49,236 nucleotides of DNA from Candidatus Magasanikiibacteriota bacterium. Lineage in GTDB: Bacteria > Patescibacteriota > Patescibacteriia > Magasanikbacterales > GWA2-37-8. Positions within the stretch are counted from its first letter, which is position 1, and every line of letters starts with the position of its first letter. Where the stretch lies: NCBI GenBank assembly GCA_016234265.1, contig JACRFW010000054.1, forward strand, positions 1 through 49,236, written 5' to 3'. Below are positions 1 to 8,452 of this stretch, in pieces. The notes under the pieces were generated by a model, which saw only the letters and a list, made by a program, of their open reading frames with translations, did no database searches and had not been told where the DNA came from. The translations under genes and the position numbers were made by a program.

Positions 1-176
1 AGACCGGAAAGAGCGGATAAAAAAATATTGCCCCCATGCCGGCGAGCCAGACGAATAGCGTAACGAGCAACGCGGTCGGCGTGCTCAAAATCGTGACCGG
101 GCGCCGGATGCTCTTTCAGCCATGTCTTTACTTTTTTGTAAGTATAAACAAAAATTTCTCTTTCTCTTTTATTCAT
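1..176 (-). CDS. HD-domain phosphohydrolase, N-terminal part (runs off window edge)
   Basis: Hand translation from ATG at 176: MNKREREIFVYTYKKVKTWLKEHPAPGHDFEHADRVARYAIRLARRHGGNIFLSALSG; the GHDxxHxxRV motif opens HD domains. Not in the ORF track. Confidence 0.75.
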   Translation of the reverse strand, partial: MNKREREIFVYTYKKVKTWLKEHPAPGHDFEHADRVARYAIRLARRHGGNIFLSALSG

Positions 177-247
177 AAAATATAAATTTATAGGCTCACA
201 GTATACTAACGGAAAAAACTCTCTAAAGCAAGAGCACTGTAACTAAA

Positions 248-275
248 AACCATGCACCAGAACGGTGCATGGCTT
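248..275 (-). terminator. Intrinsic terminator hairpin of the zinc-ribbon gene
   Basis: CCATGCACC-agaac-GGTGCATGG stem followed by a T-run on the minus strand, just downstream of the stop at 292. Confidence 0.75.
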
Positions 276-291
276 GAAGTCTTTTTGAAGA

Positions 292-606
292 TTAACCGTT
301 GCGGCGAGCCTGCATGCAGTCTCGGCAATACACTGGTTTGTCGCCAGACGGTTGGAAAGGCAGCTGTGTAATAGCCGCTCCACAACCGGCACAGGTCAAG
401 TTGACGCTGTACATTTGGCGCGGGGGACGGCTCATGCCGCCGTTTCCCATGCCACCACCACGAGTTTGGCGGAACGCGCGATTGCATTCACTGCAATACA
501 CCGGTCGGTCGCCAGAAGGTTGGAAAGGCAGCTGTGAAATGTGAGCCCCGCATTTAGCGCAGGACAAGTCCACATCATACATTTGCCGATCGGTACCAAA
601 AGCCAT
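292..606 (-). CDS. CxxC-x17-CxxC zinc-ribbon domain protein (two tandem domains)
   Basis: Two copies of RQMYxVxLxCxxCGAxIxQLPFQPSGDxPVYCxxC; likely start MAFGTDRQ at 606. Confidence 0.85.
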   Translation of the reverse strand: MAFGTDRQMYDVDLSCAKCGAHISQLPFQPSGDRPVYCSECNRAFRQTRGGGMGNGGMSRPPRQMYSVNLTCAGCGAAITQLPFQPSGDKPVYCRDCMQARRNG

Positions 607-738
607 AGAATTGTGACGTTTTGTTCCCAAAATGTGTTTTGAGATCTTAATTAAGTTTTTCGACCTGCTCCCCCGACGTAACGCCGGGGTAAATTTTGGG
701 AACTTTGATAAACGCCGTTACCCAATTTATTGGAATAT

Positions 739-767
739 AGTATAGCACAAAATAGGAAAATTGTCAA
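739..767 (-). promoter_or_regulatory. Sigma-70 promoter
   Basis: TTGACA (767-762), 17-nt spacer, TATACT (744-739) with TGn extension. Confidence 0.75.
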
Positions 768-786
768 CACAATTTCAGTTTTGAAC

Positions 787-1419
787 CTAAACAAGAGGTT
801 TTAAGGTTGTAATTGGCCGACTCTGGGTAATAAAAAGATTGTTTTTTTCCATGGCCCACTCTATATCACACGGGAAGCCGTAATGATCTTCAATATTTTT
901 AAATGCTTTGGCAAATTCAATGATCTGCCGACCAGAGAGCTTTTGTTTGCCGCCCTCGGCGGCGTTAAGCTCTACCCAATGATTTGCTCCGTGTTCGGAA
1001 TTGCCTGCCCCGCCCTTTACCAGCTTCTTCGTTTGCTCGCTCACCTGGATATCTAAAATGCTCCAATCGCTTTTACCAACCACATAGCTGTCTGGCGTCA
1101 CCAGCCCGCCGACAATGGCTTCACCAAGACCAAGCGCAACCTCTATGATCATCTGATTGTAATCTTCGGTCACTGGGTGCACGGTGAAGGCCACACCTGA
1201 CACTTCAGACTGCACCATTTTCTGAATAACGACCGCCACTGATACTTGCGCGTCAATGAGCCCCTTTTCATGACGATAAAAAATGGCGCGGGGTGTGAAG
1301 AGCGATGACCAACAGTGCTTCACTCGATCTAAAACATTTTTCTCGGTGGTGTTGAGATAAGTTTCCAACTCCCCGGCCCAGCTGGCAATAGACGAATCCT
1401 CGGCGGTGGCGCTGCTCCA
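787..1419 (-). pseudogene. ppsA: 5'-truncated PEP synthase/pyruvate phosphate dikinase nucleotide-binding domain
   Basis: Frame extends upstream of 1368 to read WSSATAEDSSIASWAGELETYLN (RSSATAED motif) before a stop at 1423-1425; also GLGEAIVGG and DIEWA...QSRPITT. The N-terminal GGK region is missing. Confidence 0.75.
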
Positions 1420-1673
1420 ATTTTATGTTTGGAGAATAACTCCACCACCTTTTCCTTAAATTGAACATCCTGTTTGTATTTTTTATCCAATCTCTTAAAT
1501 ATATCCGAAGTATAATCGGACAGCTTTTCATCAATATAAACTCTGAGGTCATAATTAATCTCATTGATTCTTTTCTCCAGATGGTCAACACTTTCCTGCG
1601 TGGCCGCGTTGTCCTTGAGAAAACGCACTAACTCTAAAATTTCTTGGGTGTCGCTGGTATATTTTTTGGGCAT
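1329..1673 (-). CDS. Hypothetical coiled-coil protein; C-terminus reads out of frame through the ppsA fragment
   Basis: 114-aa ORF with AAAGGAGA SD 7 nt upstream and a TTGACA-17-AATAAT promoter; composition changes abruptly after KHKIG. Confidence 0.6.
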   Translation of the reverse strand: MPKKYTSDTQEILELVRFLKDNAATQESVDHLEKRINEINYDLRVYIDEKLSDYTSDIFKRLDKKYKQDVQFKEKVVELFSKHKIGAAPPPRIRLLPAGPGSWKLISTPPRKMF

Positions 1674-1808
1674 AAAAATTTCTCCTTTGTTACCACTCCA
1701 TTATTTCACTCTCAAGTAACTATGTCAAGCTAAAATTTTAGTGGATAACCTATCCACCGTATATCGTGGCTAAGATAAGAGAAAAGCCTAAAACAAGGCT
1801 TTTACGGC

Positions 1809-1844
1809 CATATTCGTGACCAGAATATCGCCCACCTTTACCTT
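1809..1844 (-). pseudogene. Remnant of a PEP-utilizer mobile domain
   Basis: Translates KVKVGDILVTNM, resembling the GDILVT strand of PEP-utilizer domains. Confidence 0.45.
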
Positions 1845-1881
1845 TTCACTTTCGGCTGGTATGTACACCACATCGCCATCT

Positions 1882-3018
1882 TCATACCTCATGCGCCGTC
1901 ACCGTCACCAAAAAATTAGCAGGGGTAACAATAGTCAACGGCGCCGTAGGATACAAAGCTTTCCACTCACTAGGTATTCGCGTATTTTTTTCAGTTGACC
2001 ATTTACACTCAAAGCCGCTCACCGCCCCCTGTCTATCCTCAACATAATCAATTTCCTGCTGACCATAGGTGCGCCAGAAATAGCCCGGCACATCACTGCC
2101 ACGATTGCGATTATATTTCATCCGTTCACTGATCCAAAAATTCTCCCATAACACCCCCGCGTCGGTGCGCCGCGACAGTGGATTCAAATTATTGATGAGT
2201 GCGTTACGCATACCAGTATCGTAAAAATATATTTTACGAAGTTTGGCCAGCTCTTTACGGGGATTGCGGCTGTACGGTTTAAGACGGAAAATAATAAATG
2301 CCTGTTCCAACACTGTTATATATTTTTCTATCGTGACCCGATTGACGCCGAGCATTCGCGCCAGTTCGTTATATGAAACTTCATTGCCGATCTGCAAAGC
2401 CAACGCCGACAATAGTTTTTCCAGCACGTCGGGACGCCGGATATCTTCAAATTGTAATACATCTTTGTAGGCATAGCTTCTGGCCAGAGCTTTTAATTCT
2501 TCATCAACTTGCCCTTCTTCTGCCACTATAGCCGGGTACATACCATACAACAACCGACGTTCCAGAAGACGGCTCCACTCTAACGGAGAGTAGGAGGCGT
2601 TGAGTTCCGCAACGGAAAAGGGATACAAATAAAATTCATAACTGCGTCCGGTGAGCGGCTCCACCACTTGGTTGGACAGCTCAAACGACGACGAACCGGT
2701 AGCCACGACTTGAATGGCGGGATAGGTATCCACCAATAGCTTGAGAGTCAAACCAATATCTTTAACCCGCTGGGCTTCATCAATAAAAACTAATTTGGCC
2801 TCTCCCAAGTAGGCTTTAAGAGAGGTGGAGGTCGCACCCGTTAGGGCTTGACGTATATCTGGCTCATCACAATTTAAGTAGAGAGAAGCGGGATATTTTT
2901 TACGAATTTCATTAATCAGGGTGGTCTTTCCCACCTGCCTTGCTCCATACAGTATAATGGCCTTTCCCTTGAAGAGAACACCTTCAATTTTTTGCTGTAA
3001 TAAGCGTTTTATAGTCAT
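1882..3018 (-). CDS. AAA+ ATPase (AAA_14 + DUF4143 type)
   Basis: Walker A GARQVGKT, Walker B FIDEAQ, ATGSS, KIYFYDTG, LWEN, EIDYV...FECKW; HTH-like SYNELARMLGVNRVTIEKYI. Confidence 0.9.
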   Translation of the reverse strand: MTIKRLLQQKIEGVLFKGKAIILYGARQVGKTTLINEIRKKYPASLYLNCDEPDIRQALTGATSTSLKAYLGEAKLVFIDEAQRVKDIGLTLKLLVDTYPAIQVVATGSSSFELSNQVVEPLTGRSYEFYLYPFSVAELNASYSPLEWSRLLERRLLYGMYPAIVAEEGQVDEELKALARSYAYKDVLQFEDIRRPDVLEKLLSALALQIGNEVSYNELARMLGVNRVTIEKYITVLEQAFIIFRLKPYSRNPRKELAKLRKIYFYDTGMRNALINNLNPLSRRTDAGVLWENFWISERMKYNRNRGSDVPGYFWRTYGQQEIDYVEDRQGAVSGFECKWSTEKNTRIPSEWKALYPTAPLTIVTPANFLVTVTAHEV

Positions 3019-3023
3019 ATTTT

Positions 3024-3076
3024 TAATTAGGATAGTATACTATCCTAATTATATAATAATTCAGATACTTTGTCAA
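3024..3076 (-). promoter_or_regulatory. Consensus promoter overlapped by a 28-bp perfect palindrome (putative operator)
   Basis: TTGACA (3076-3071), 17 nt, TATAAT (3053-3048); TAATTAGGATAGTATACTATCCTAATTA at 3024-3051. Confidence 0.8.
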
Positions 3077-3147
3077 CCTGCCTGACCTGATTCGATTTTT
3101 CTCACTATCCCCTTCTCCGTCCAGTCATTCGACCGGACTCCGCGCGG

Positions 3148-3537
3148 TCAAGGAATTTTTCGTACTATCCCTCGCTCCGCGTCCACCTCCACCATGTCGC
3201 CGTCTTTGAAGACATGCGTCGCAATCTTTGTCCCAACGACGCACGGCTTTTTCATTTCGCGGGCGACGATGGCGGCGTGACAAGTTAAACCACCCATATT
3301 GGTAACAAAGGCATTGGCTTTTTTCATTATAGGCAATAGAGTTGGGTCAGTGACGTTAGAAACTAAAATATTACCATCCGTAAATTTACTCATTTCATCG
3401 GCGCGGTTGACAATTTTAACTCGCCCATGCACCTTACCAGAAAAAGCACATTCCCCATGTAGTTCATTTCTTATTTCTGGCGGAGGCAATTTGGCTCTGA
3501 TAGAATCAGTAATATTTCTAGCCGCCTCACCAGTCAA
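3148..3537 (-). CDS. PEP-utilizing enzyme mobile (phosphohistidine) domain, probably the 3' part of a broken gene
   Basis: GGLTCHAAIVAREMKKPCVVGT and GDMVEVDA motifs. Confidence 0.85.
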   Translation of the reverse strand: MTGEAARNITDSIRAKLPPPEIRNELHGECAFSGKVHGRVKIVNRADEMSKFTDGNILVSNVTDPTLLPIMKKANAFVTNMGGLTCHAAIVAREMKKPCVVGTKIATHVFKDGDMVEVDAERGIVRKIP

Positions 3538-4037
3538 TACATAAAAATTCTCCCCATCATAATATTGTACCGAGTAGCGAGCCAGCTCGTTAAAGAATTC
3601 TCAAGTTCCAAAATATTTGGAATCATCCCTAACGTCCATAATTGATGACTTATATTATGATAGCCAGAAAGAAGAGCGAGTTGTTCTCCGGAATCAGTGG
3701 GAAGCGTAGCCTTCAGATTAAAATCCTTTGACCAGTGCATCAAATCATCAGCTGTTTGACGGGTTTCCTGTAAAATAGTGGCTAGCTTGGTAGAATCAAT
3801 AATTATTTCCTCCAAAAAACGTCTGCCCAAGTCAGTCCATTCCGAGCGAGAAAAATAGTTACGATGAATATTCCCCTCTTGTTCAGCCACATATTGCGAC
3901 AGTCCATAGCTCAGTCTTTCTTTGATGGCGGAAACCATGCCCGGCACATAGCAACTGTGAAACCAAGAGATGCCAAACCATTCGCCGAATAAAAATGGGT
4001 CTTTTATTGTAAGTGGTTTCATAGTTTTCAAACTCAT
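3534..4037 (-). CDS. Hypothetical protein, probably the N-terminal part of the PEP-utilizer fusion gene
   Basis: AT-rich helical ORF overlapping the PEP-utilizer ORF by 4 nt. Confidence 0.5.
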   Translation of the reverse strand: MSLKTMKPLTIKDPFLFGEWFGISWFHSCYVPGMVSAIKERLSYGLSQYVAEQEGNIHRNYFSRSEWTDLGRRFLEEIIIDSTKLATILQETRQTADDLMHWSKDFNLKATLPTDSGEQLALLSGYHNISHQLWTLGMIPNILELENSLTSWLATRYNIMMGRIFMY

Positions 4038-4067
4038 TTTACTTTACTATTCCCCCTCTAAATTAGC

Positions 4068-4161
4068 AACCATGTACCAGAGACGGTACATGGCGAACCC
4101 TGCACCAATAAGATGCGCGGTAAACCCCGCACCAGTCCGCCAGCCGGCAGAGGTACAGGGC
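4068..4161. repeat. Three tandem AACC(C/A)(T/C)G(C/T)ACCA palindromic units
   Basis: aaccatgtacc-agagac-ggtacatgg / aaccctgcacca / aaccccgcacca...ggtacaggg; same family as hairpins at 248-275 and 42615-42649. Confidence 0.65.
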
Positions 4162-4166
4162 TGTTT

Positions 4167-6203
4167 TTACTCGTCTAATTTCGTCACTTTTCCAGGCTGG
4201 AGAGTCTTGGATGGTGGTACTGATTCTGGAGGAGGCGGTGAAGGAGCAGGCCTTGGTTCTGGTGGTTTTACAACCGGAGGAGCGAGAGGTTTTGGTTCCG
4301 GCCCGCCTTCATCCCTTCGGGGATTCATCTGGGCAGGCGGCGGAGCGGCAGGAGAGTTGGTCGGCAAAAGACCCAGATCCATTGCTGAAGGCCCATTGTC
4401 CGATTTTGGTTCTGGGGCTGGTGGCCGAGCAGTATTTTCTTGACGCGGCCCGCCTTCGTCCCGTTTGGACTTCGGCGAGGTAAAAGCGGCGGCTTTGTTT
4501 CCACCAATTGCTTGCGCTAAAGAAATGCCTTTTTGGTTTGGGTCAACAAGCTGAACATGCTCGCCTGATGTTCCGGGTGGCGGGTTGCCGCGATTTCTGT
4601 TCTTCTTATTTCTATTACGACCACTTTCACCTTGATTGCCTGGCTGATTTTGTGGAGGTTTAGATGTAGGAGGGGGAGGCACCGGCCGCTGAATATTCTG
4701 TGTCGGTGGCTGGGGTTTTACAGTGGGAGTGGTGACGGGTTTTGTTGGCCCCCCTTCGCTACGCTTCGGAGAGGTAAATGCTGGTTTGGGAGCAGACACG
4801 GCGGGCGGTTTGGGAGCCGGTTCTTTTTTGAACATGGTTTCCTCTTCGTCTACATCCAGCTCCCCGGCCTCGTCGGCTCCCATCGGGATCATGCCGCTCC
4901 AGCGCATAATCTTGTCTTCAATATTTTCGCGGGGAACAGCGTAGCGCTCGCGCGAAACGCGCACGACTTTCTCGGTGCTGTGGGTGGAGGCCCCGATCGG
5001 CGGAAGGGTGGTCGCGCTGAAAGGGCGCGAAGCAACACCGTCAATCATTAATTTTAGATAGGTTTGATACTTGGGTAAATTGACCAAATCTTCTTCAACA
5101 AAAGTAGGCGCAAATTCTTTGGCTAAAATTTCCGCGTCGCTACTTCCCACCCGGAAGGTCACCATGGTACCGACGTTACCGATGACGGCGGCCAAGACCA
5201 GCTCATCCAGCTGTTCCATATATTGGTGGGCCATGACGAGATCAAGCCGATACTTGCGGGCTTCGGAAAGAATATTCGCAAAACTTTCCGTGGCGAAATT
5301 TTGAAATTCATCAACGTACAAAAAGAAATCCTTGCGAGTATTTTCGGGAATATCAACGCGTTCCATGGCGGCCAGCTGAATTTTGGTGATAAGCATACCG
5401 CCGAGCAGGCGCGAATTGTCCTCGCCGATGCGCCCCTTGGACAAGTTCATGATGAAAATCTTTTTACTATCCATGATGTCCCGAATATCAATGCGAGATT
5501 TGACCTGGGCGACAATATTGCGAATAACTGACGCGGACAAAAACTGACCAATCTTGTTTTGAATAGGCGCGACGGCTTCTTGTTTGTATTTGTCATTGTA
5601 GCCGGCGAATTCAGTGAGCCAAAAAGCTTTGACGACGGGATCTTTCAAATTGTTCACCACGCGACGGCGGTAGTCTTCATCGGCGAGCAAGCGATTGATG
5701 CCCAGAAGCGTGGTGCCCGGGTAGTCCAAGAGAGCCAAGAGTGTGTTGTTCAAAATGTATTCCATACGGGCGCTCCAGACATCGGGCCAGATCTTTTTGA
5801 AGACACCCATGAGGCCGGAGGCGACCAGATGGCGATATTCCGGATTGATGGATTCAAGAATGTTAAAACCAATCGGAAAGTTAACGTCGGCGGGGTTGAA
5901 ATACACGACGTCGTTGATGCGGTTGGAGGGTATGAAGTCAATAATTTTTTCAGCAAAGTCACCGTGCGGGTCAACCAGGCCGACACCGTGGCCGGCGTAG
6001 ATGTCGTTGAGGACCATGTTCTCCAAGATGGTCGTTTTACCCATGCCGGTCTTGCCGACCACATACATGTGGCGGCGGCGATCGTCGGTCTTGATGCCAA
6101 ATCTCCGGTTTTGATTCCGGAAATTGGTCATGCCAAAAAAGTTGATATCAGGATCAACTTTTATAACTGGCTCTTCACTAGGCTTGTTTTGAGTTTCGTC
6201 CAT
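4167..6203 (-). CDS. VirB4/TraG-TraD/HerA-like P-loop ATPase with Pro-rich disordered tail
   Basis: RRHMYVVGKTGMGKTT, DPHGD, LYVDEFQNF, SEARKY, AHQY; likely start MDETQ at 6203. Confidence 0.85.
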   Translation of the reverse strand: MDETQNKPSEEPVIKVDPDINFFGMTNFRNQNRRFGIKTDDRRRHMYVVGKTGMGKTTILENMVLNDIYAGHGVGLVDPHGDFAEKIIDFIPSNRINDVVYFNPADVNFPIGFNILESINPEYRHLVASGLMGVFKKIWPDVWSARMEYILNNTLLALLDYPGTTLLGINRLLADEDYRRRVVNNLKDPVVKAFWLTEFAGYNDKYKQEAVAPIQNKIGQFLSASVIRNIVAQVKSRIDIRDIMDSKKIFIMNLSKGRIGEDNSRLLGGMLITKIQLAAMERVDIPENTRKDFFLYVDEFQNFATESFANILSEARKYRLDLVMAHQYMEQLDELVLAAVIGNVGTMVTFRVGSSDAEILAKEFAPTFVEEDLVNLPKYQTYLKLMIDGVASRPFSATTLPPIGASTHSTEKVVRVSRERYAVPRENIEDKIMRWSGMIPMGADEAGELDVDEEETMFKKEPAPKPPAVSAPKPAFTSPKRSEGGPTKPVTTPTVKPQPPTQNIQRPVPPPPTSKPPQNQPGNQGESGRNRNKKNRNRGNPPPGTSGEHVQLVDPNQKGISLAQAIGGNKAAAFTSPKSKRDEGGPRQENTARPPAPEPKSDNGPSAMDLGLLPTNSPAAPPPAQMNPRRDEGGPEPKPLAPPVVKPPEPRPAPSPPPPESVPPSKTLQPGKVTKLDE

Positions 6204-6253
6204 AGCATTAGTATACCCCACGGACGGCTATTTTTCAATTGTTTAAACTGAAA

Positions 6254-6961
6254 TTAGACGACGAAATATTTTTTCCAAACTTCAAAGAGTTCACAGGTCG
6301 CGCGCAGATCGCCCACATTGTACTTCGCAATGTCCACAAATTTTTTCTCTTTGAATAACCCGGCTACGTCGTCGCCGGACACCCCGTCCGCTTTGGGGCT
6401 TTTAATGCCAAAGGCCCGGCTCCAGAGGTGCAGACTCCCCCGGCGACGCATAGCGCCATAAAAACTAAGTTGATCAATGAGATCCACATGCTCGGCTCCG
6501 CGCTGCATGCTCAAATACCGATTGGACAACAAATTTTTAGATGGCTTAATGTGGTGCGCGGCCGAGCGCACGGCGAGGTAGGGCGCGTCAAACTGCCGGC
6601 CGTTGAAGGAAACAAACGTGGTGAATTTTTCTGCGACCTGCCAAAAACTGGCGAGCATCTCGGCTTCGGTCTTTTGTTTGAAGACAATACCCTCTTCTTC
6701 AAACTCATCATGCTTTTCTCCCGGCGCCTGATAATATACAGCGCCCTTGCCGCGCTCCACGTCTAAAATGCCAATGGCAACAATTTGCCCGGTGAGCGGA
6801 GAAAATCCGAGGCCATTTTTGACATCATCAAGAGCGTGCTCGTATTCATCATCATCGTACGATTCGCGTTTGAGCCACCGCGTGAGCATGGTCTGCGTGG
6901 TCTCGTCAAGCAGGTTGTAATCTTCGCCGATGGTTTCAATGTCAAAAACGAGGGCGGACAT
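6254..6961 (-). CDS. PolB-related 3'-5' exonuclease (RNase H-like fold)
   Basis: VFDIET, SFNGRQFDAP, YNVGD (DEDDy motifs). Confidence 0.85.
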   Translation of the reverse strand: MSALVFDIETIGEDYNLLDETTQTMLTRWLKRESYDDDEYEHALDDVKNGLGFSPLTGQIVAIGILDVERGKGAVYYQAPGEKHDEFEEEGIVFKQKTEAEMLASFWQVAEKFTTFVSFNGRQFDAPYLAVRSAAHHIKPSKNLLSNRYLSMQRGAEHVDLIDQLSFYGAMRRRGSLHLWSRAFGIKSPKADGVSGDDVAGLFKEKKFVDIAKYNVGDLRATCELFEVWKKYFVV

Positions 6962-6981
6962 ATAAAATCCTAATTTTAAAT

Positions 6982-7065
6982 TGTCATTCCCAACTTGATT
7001 GGGAATCCATCGCCAGACTTTTGTTCAAGTTTGTCTTATGGATTCCCGCTTTCGCGGGAATGACA
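6982..7065. repeat. dRS3/REP-like palindromic element, family A copy 1
   Basis: TGTCATTCCCAACTTGATTGGGAATCC...GGATTCCCGCTTTCGCGGGAATGACA. Confidence 0.9.
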
Positions 7066-7071
7066 CCCGCT

Positions 7072-7758
7072 TTACTTCTCCTCGATTGTCACGCTATTAA
7101 CCACGACCGGATTGACTGGCGTTGAACCTTCGCCGCCGGCCGTGACTGGGGCGGTCGCAATGGCATCCACGACATCAAGCCCTTGTGTCACTTTACCAAA
7201 AATGATGTAATTTTTCGGCAGGGGCACATCCTGGTGCATAATAAAAAATTGGCTACCGTTGGTATTTGGCCCGGCATTCGCCATCGCCACCGCGCCGCGC
7301 GTGTAATTGCCCTTGAATGGCTCATCGGCAAAACGATAGCCCGGGCCGCCGGTGCCATTGCCCTCCGGGTCGCCGCCCTGAATCATAAAATTTTTAATGA
7401 TCCGATGGAAAATCGTGCCGTCGTAAAAATGTTCCCGCGCCAGAGAAACAAAATTATTCACGGTATTCGGCGTCGCGGCCGCATTCAGACTGATAACGAT
7501 ATTTCCAGCGGTGGTGGCGAGCGTAGCGGTATATTTTTTATGTTTATCTATGGTGAGCGGAAATGGTTTCATAAAGGCATTATTCTTAGCGGGCGCCGGT
7601 TTTCCCGGTGATGCCGGATTATTCAAATCAATACTGGCCAAAGAAATCTGGTCCAATGAAGGCGGCGATGGCTCTTCTCTCTTTTGACCGCCCAGGCCAT
7701 AGACGGCGAGCCAGACCAAAAAGCCGGCACTGAAAAAAATAATAATTAAACGCATCAT
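7072..7758 (-). CDS. Cyclophilin-type peptidyl-prolyl isomerase with N-terminal anchor
   Basis: FHRIIKNFMIQGGDP, AMANAGPNTNGSQFFI. Confidence 0.95.
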   Translation of the reverse strand: MMRLIIIFFSAGFLVWLAVYGLGGQKREEPSPPSLDQISLASIDLNNPASPGKPAPAKNNAFMKPFPLTIDKHKKYTATLATTAGNIVISLNAAATPNTVNNFVSLAREHFYDGTIFHRIIKNFMIQGGDPEGNGTGGPGYRFADEPFKGNYTRGAVAMANAGPNTNGSQFFIMHQDVPLPKNYIIFGKVTQGLDVVDAIATAPVTAGGEGSTPVNPVVVNSVTIEEK

Positions 7759-7780
7759 ATTTTTACAGTTGTTATTTAGC

Positions 7781-7863
7781 TGTCATTCCCAACTTGATTG
7801 GGAATCCATCGCCAGACTCTTGTGCAAGTTTGCCTATGGATTCCCGCTTTCGCGGGAATGACA
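7781..7863. repeat. Family A copy 2 (supplies the nuclease gene's C-terminus and stop)
   Basis: Near-identical to 6982-7065 and 9431-9513. Confidence 0.9.
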
Positions 7864-8451
7864 GACCGCCCACAATCCACGCTGTGCTAATCGGGCTTCG
7901 CGCGCGGCCGCGACAAACGCGGAGCTGTATTTCACATCAGGCGGGAAAGTCGCCGGACGGGCGTAGCCTTCTTTTACTAATTCCAGATTAACGAATGTGC
8001 CATCCAGCAGATATACATAGCGGAGCAGGCGCCCGTAGCGATCAACCTCGGAGATGTCTTTGACTAAACGCACCTTTTTGCCTGTTACTAATTCTTTATT
8101 TTTATTGCTGGCTTCCTTGCCAAAACACTGCGCCGCTTTTTTCGGGTGCACCGTTTCCGGCGTGTCCACGCCGATATAGCGCACTTTCTCGCCGGTTTCC
8201 AGTTCAATGGTGTCGCCGTCAATAACGCGCACTACGACCGGCGTCTCGGGAGCGCTGATAGTTTTCTCTCCCAATACCTGCGGGCCGCTGTCCTGACCGA
8301 CTGTTCCGGTCGCCGCCGCCGGCTGGTTTGTCGCGACCAAAGTCGTCCTTTTACCGATATACGCCGGCGCGCTGCCGTACCACCCATACGCCACCAGAGC
8401 CAGCCCGAGAATGAAGGCCGCGCGCGCCAGGCGTTGGACAGGTAGGCGCAT
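7834..8451 (-). CDS. Thermonuclease (SNase) family protein, membrane-anchored
   Basis: RVIDGDTI, VRYIGVDTPE, DRYGRLLRYV, N-terminal hydrophobic segment. Confidence 0.9.
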   Translation of the reverse strand: MRLPVQRLARAAFILGLALVAYGWYGSAPAYIGKRTTLVATNQPAAATGTVGQDSGPQVLGEKTISAPETPVVVRVIDGDTIELETGEKVRYIGVDTPETVHPKKAAQCFGKEASNKNKELVTGKKVRLVKDISEVDRYGRLLRYVYLLDGTFVNLELVKEGYARPATFPPDVKYSSAFVAAAREARLAQRGLWAVCHSRESGNP

Positions 8452-8452
8452 A

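Noticed and set aside
292..606. Internal DNA repeat as possible DGR template/variable repeat
   Set aside because: Both copies are in-frame protein domains with mostly synonymous, non-adenine-specific differences; no reverse transcriptase
4167..6203. Conjugative element suggested by the VirB4-like ATPase
   Set aside because: No relaxase, other T4SS genes or integrase; embedded among housekeeping genes
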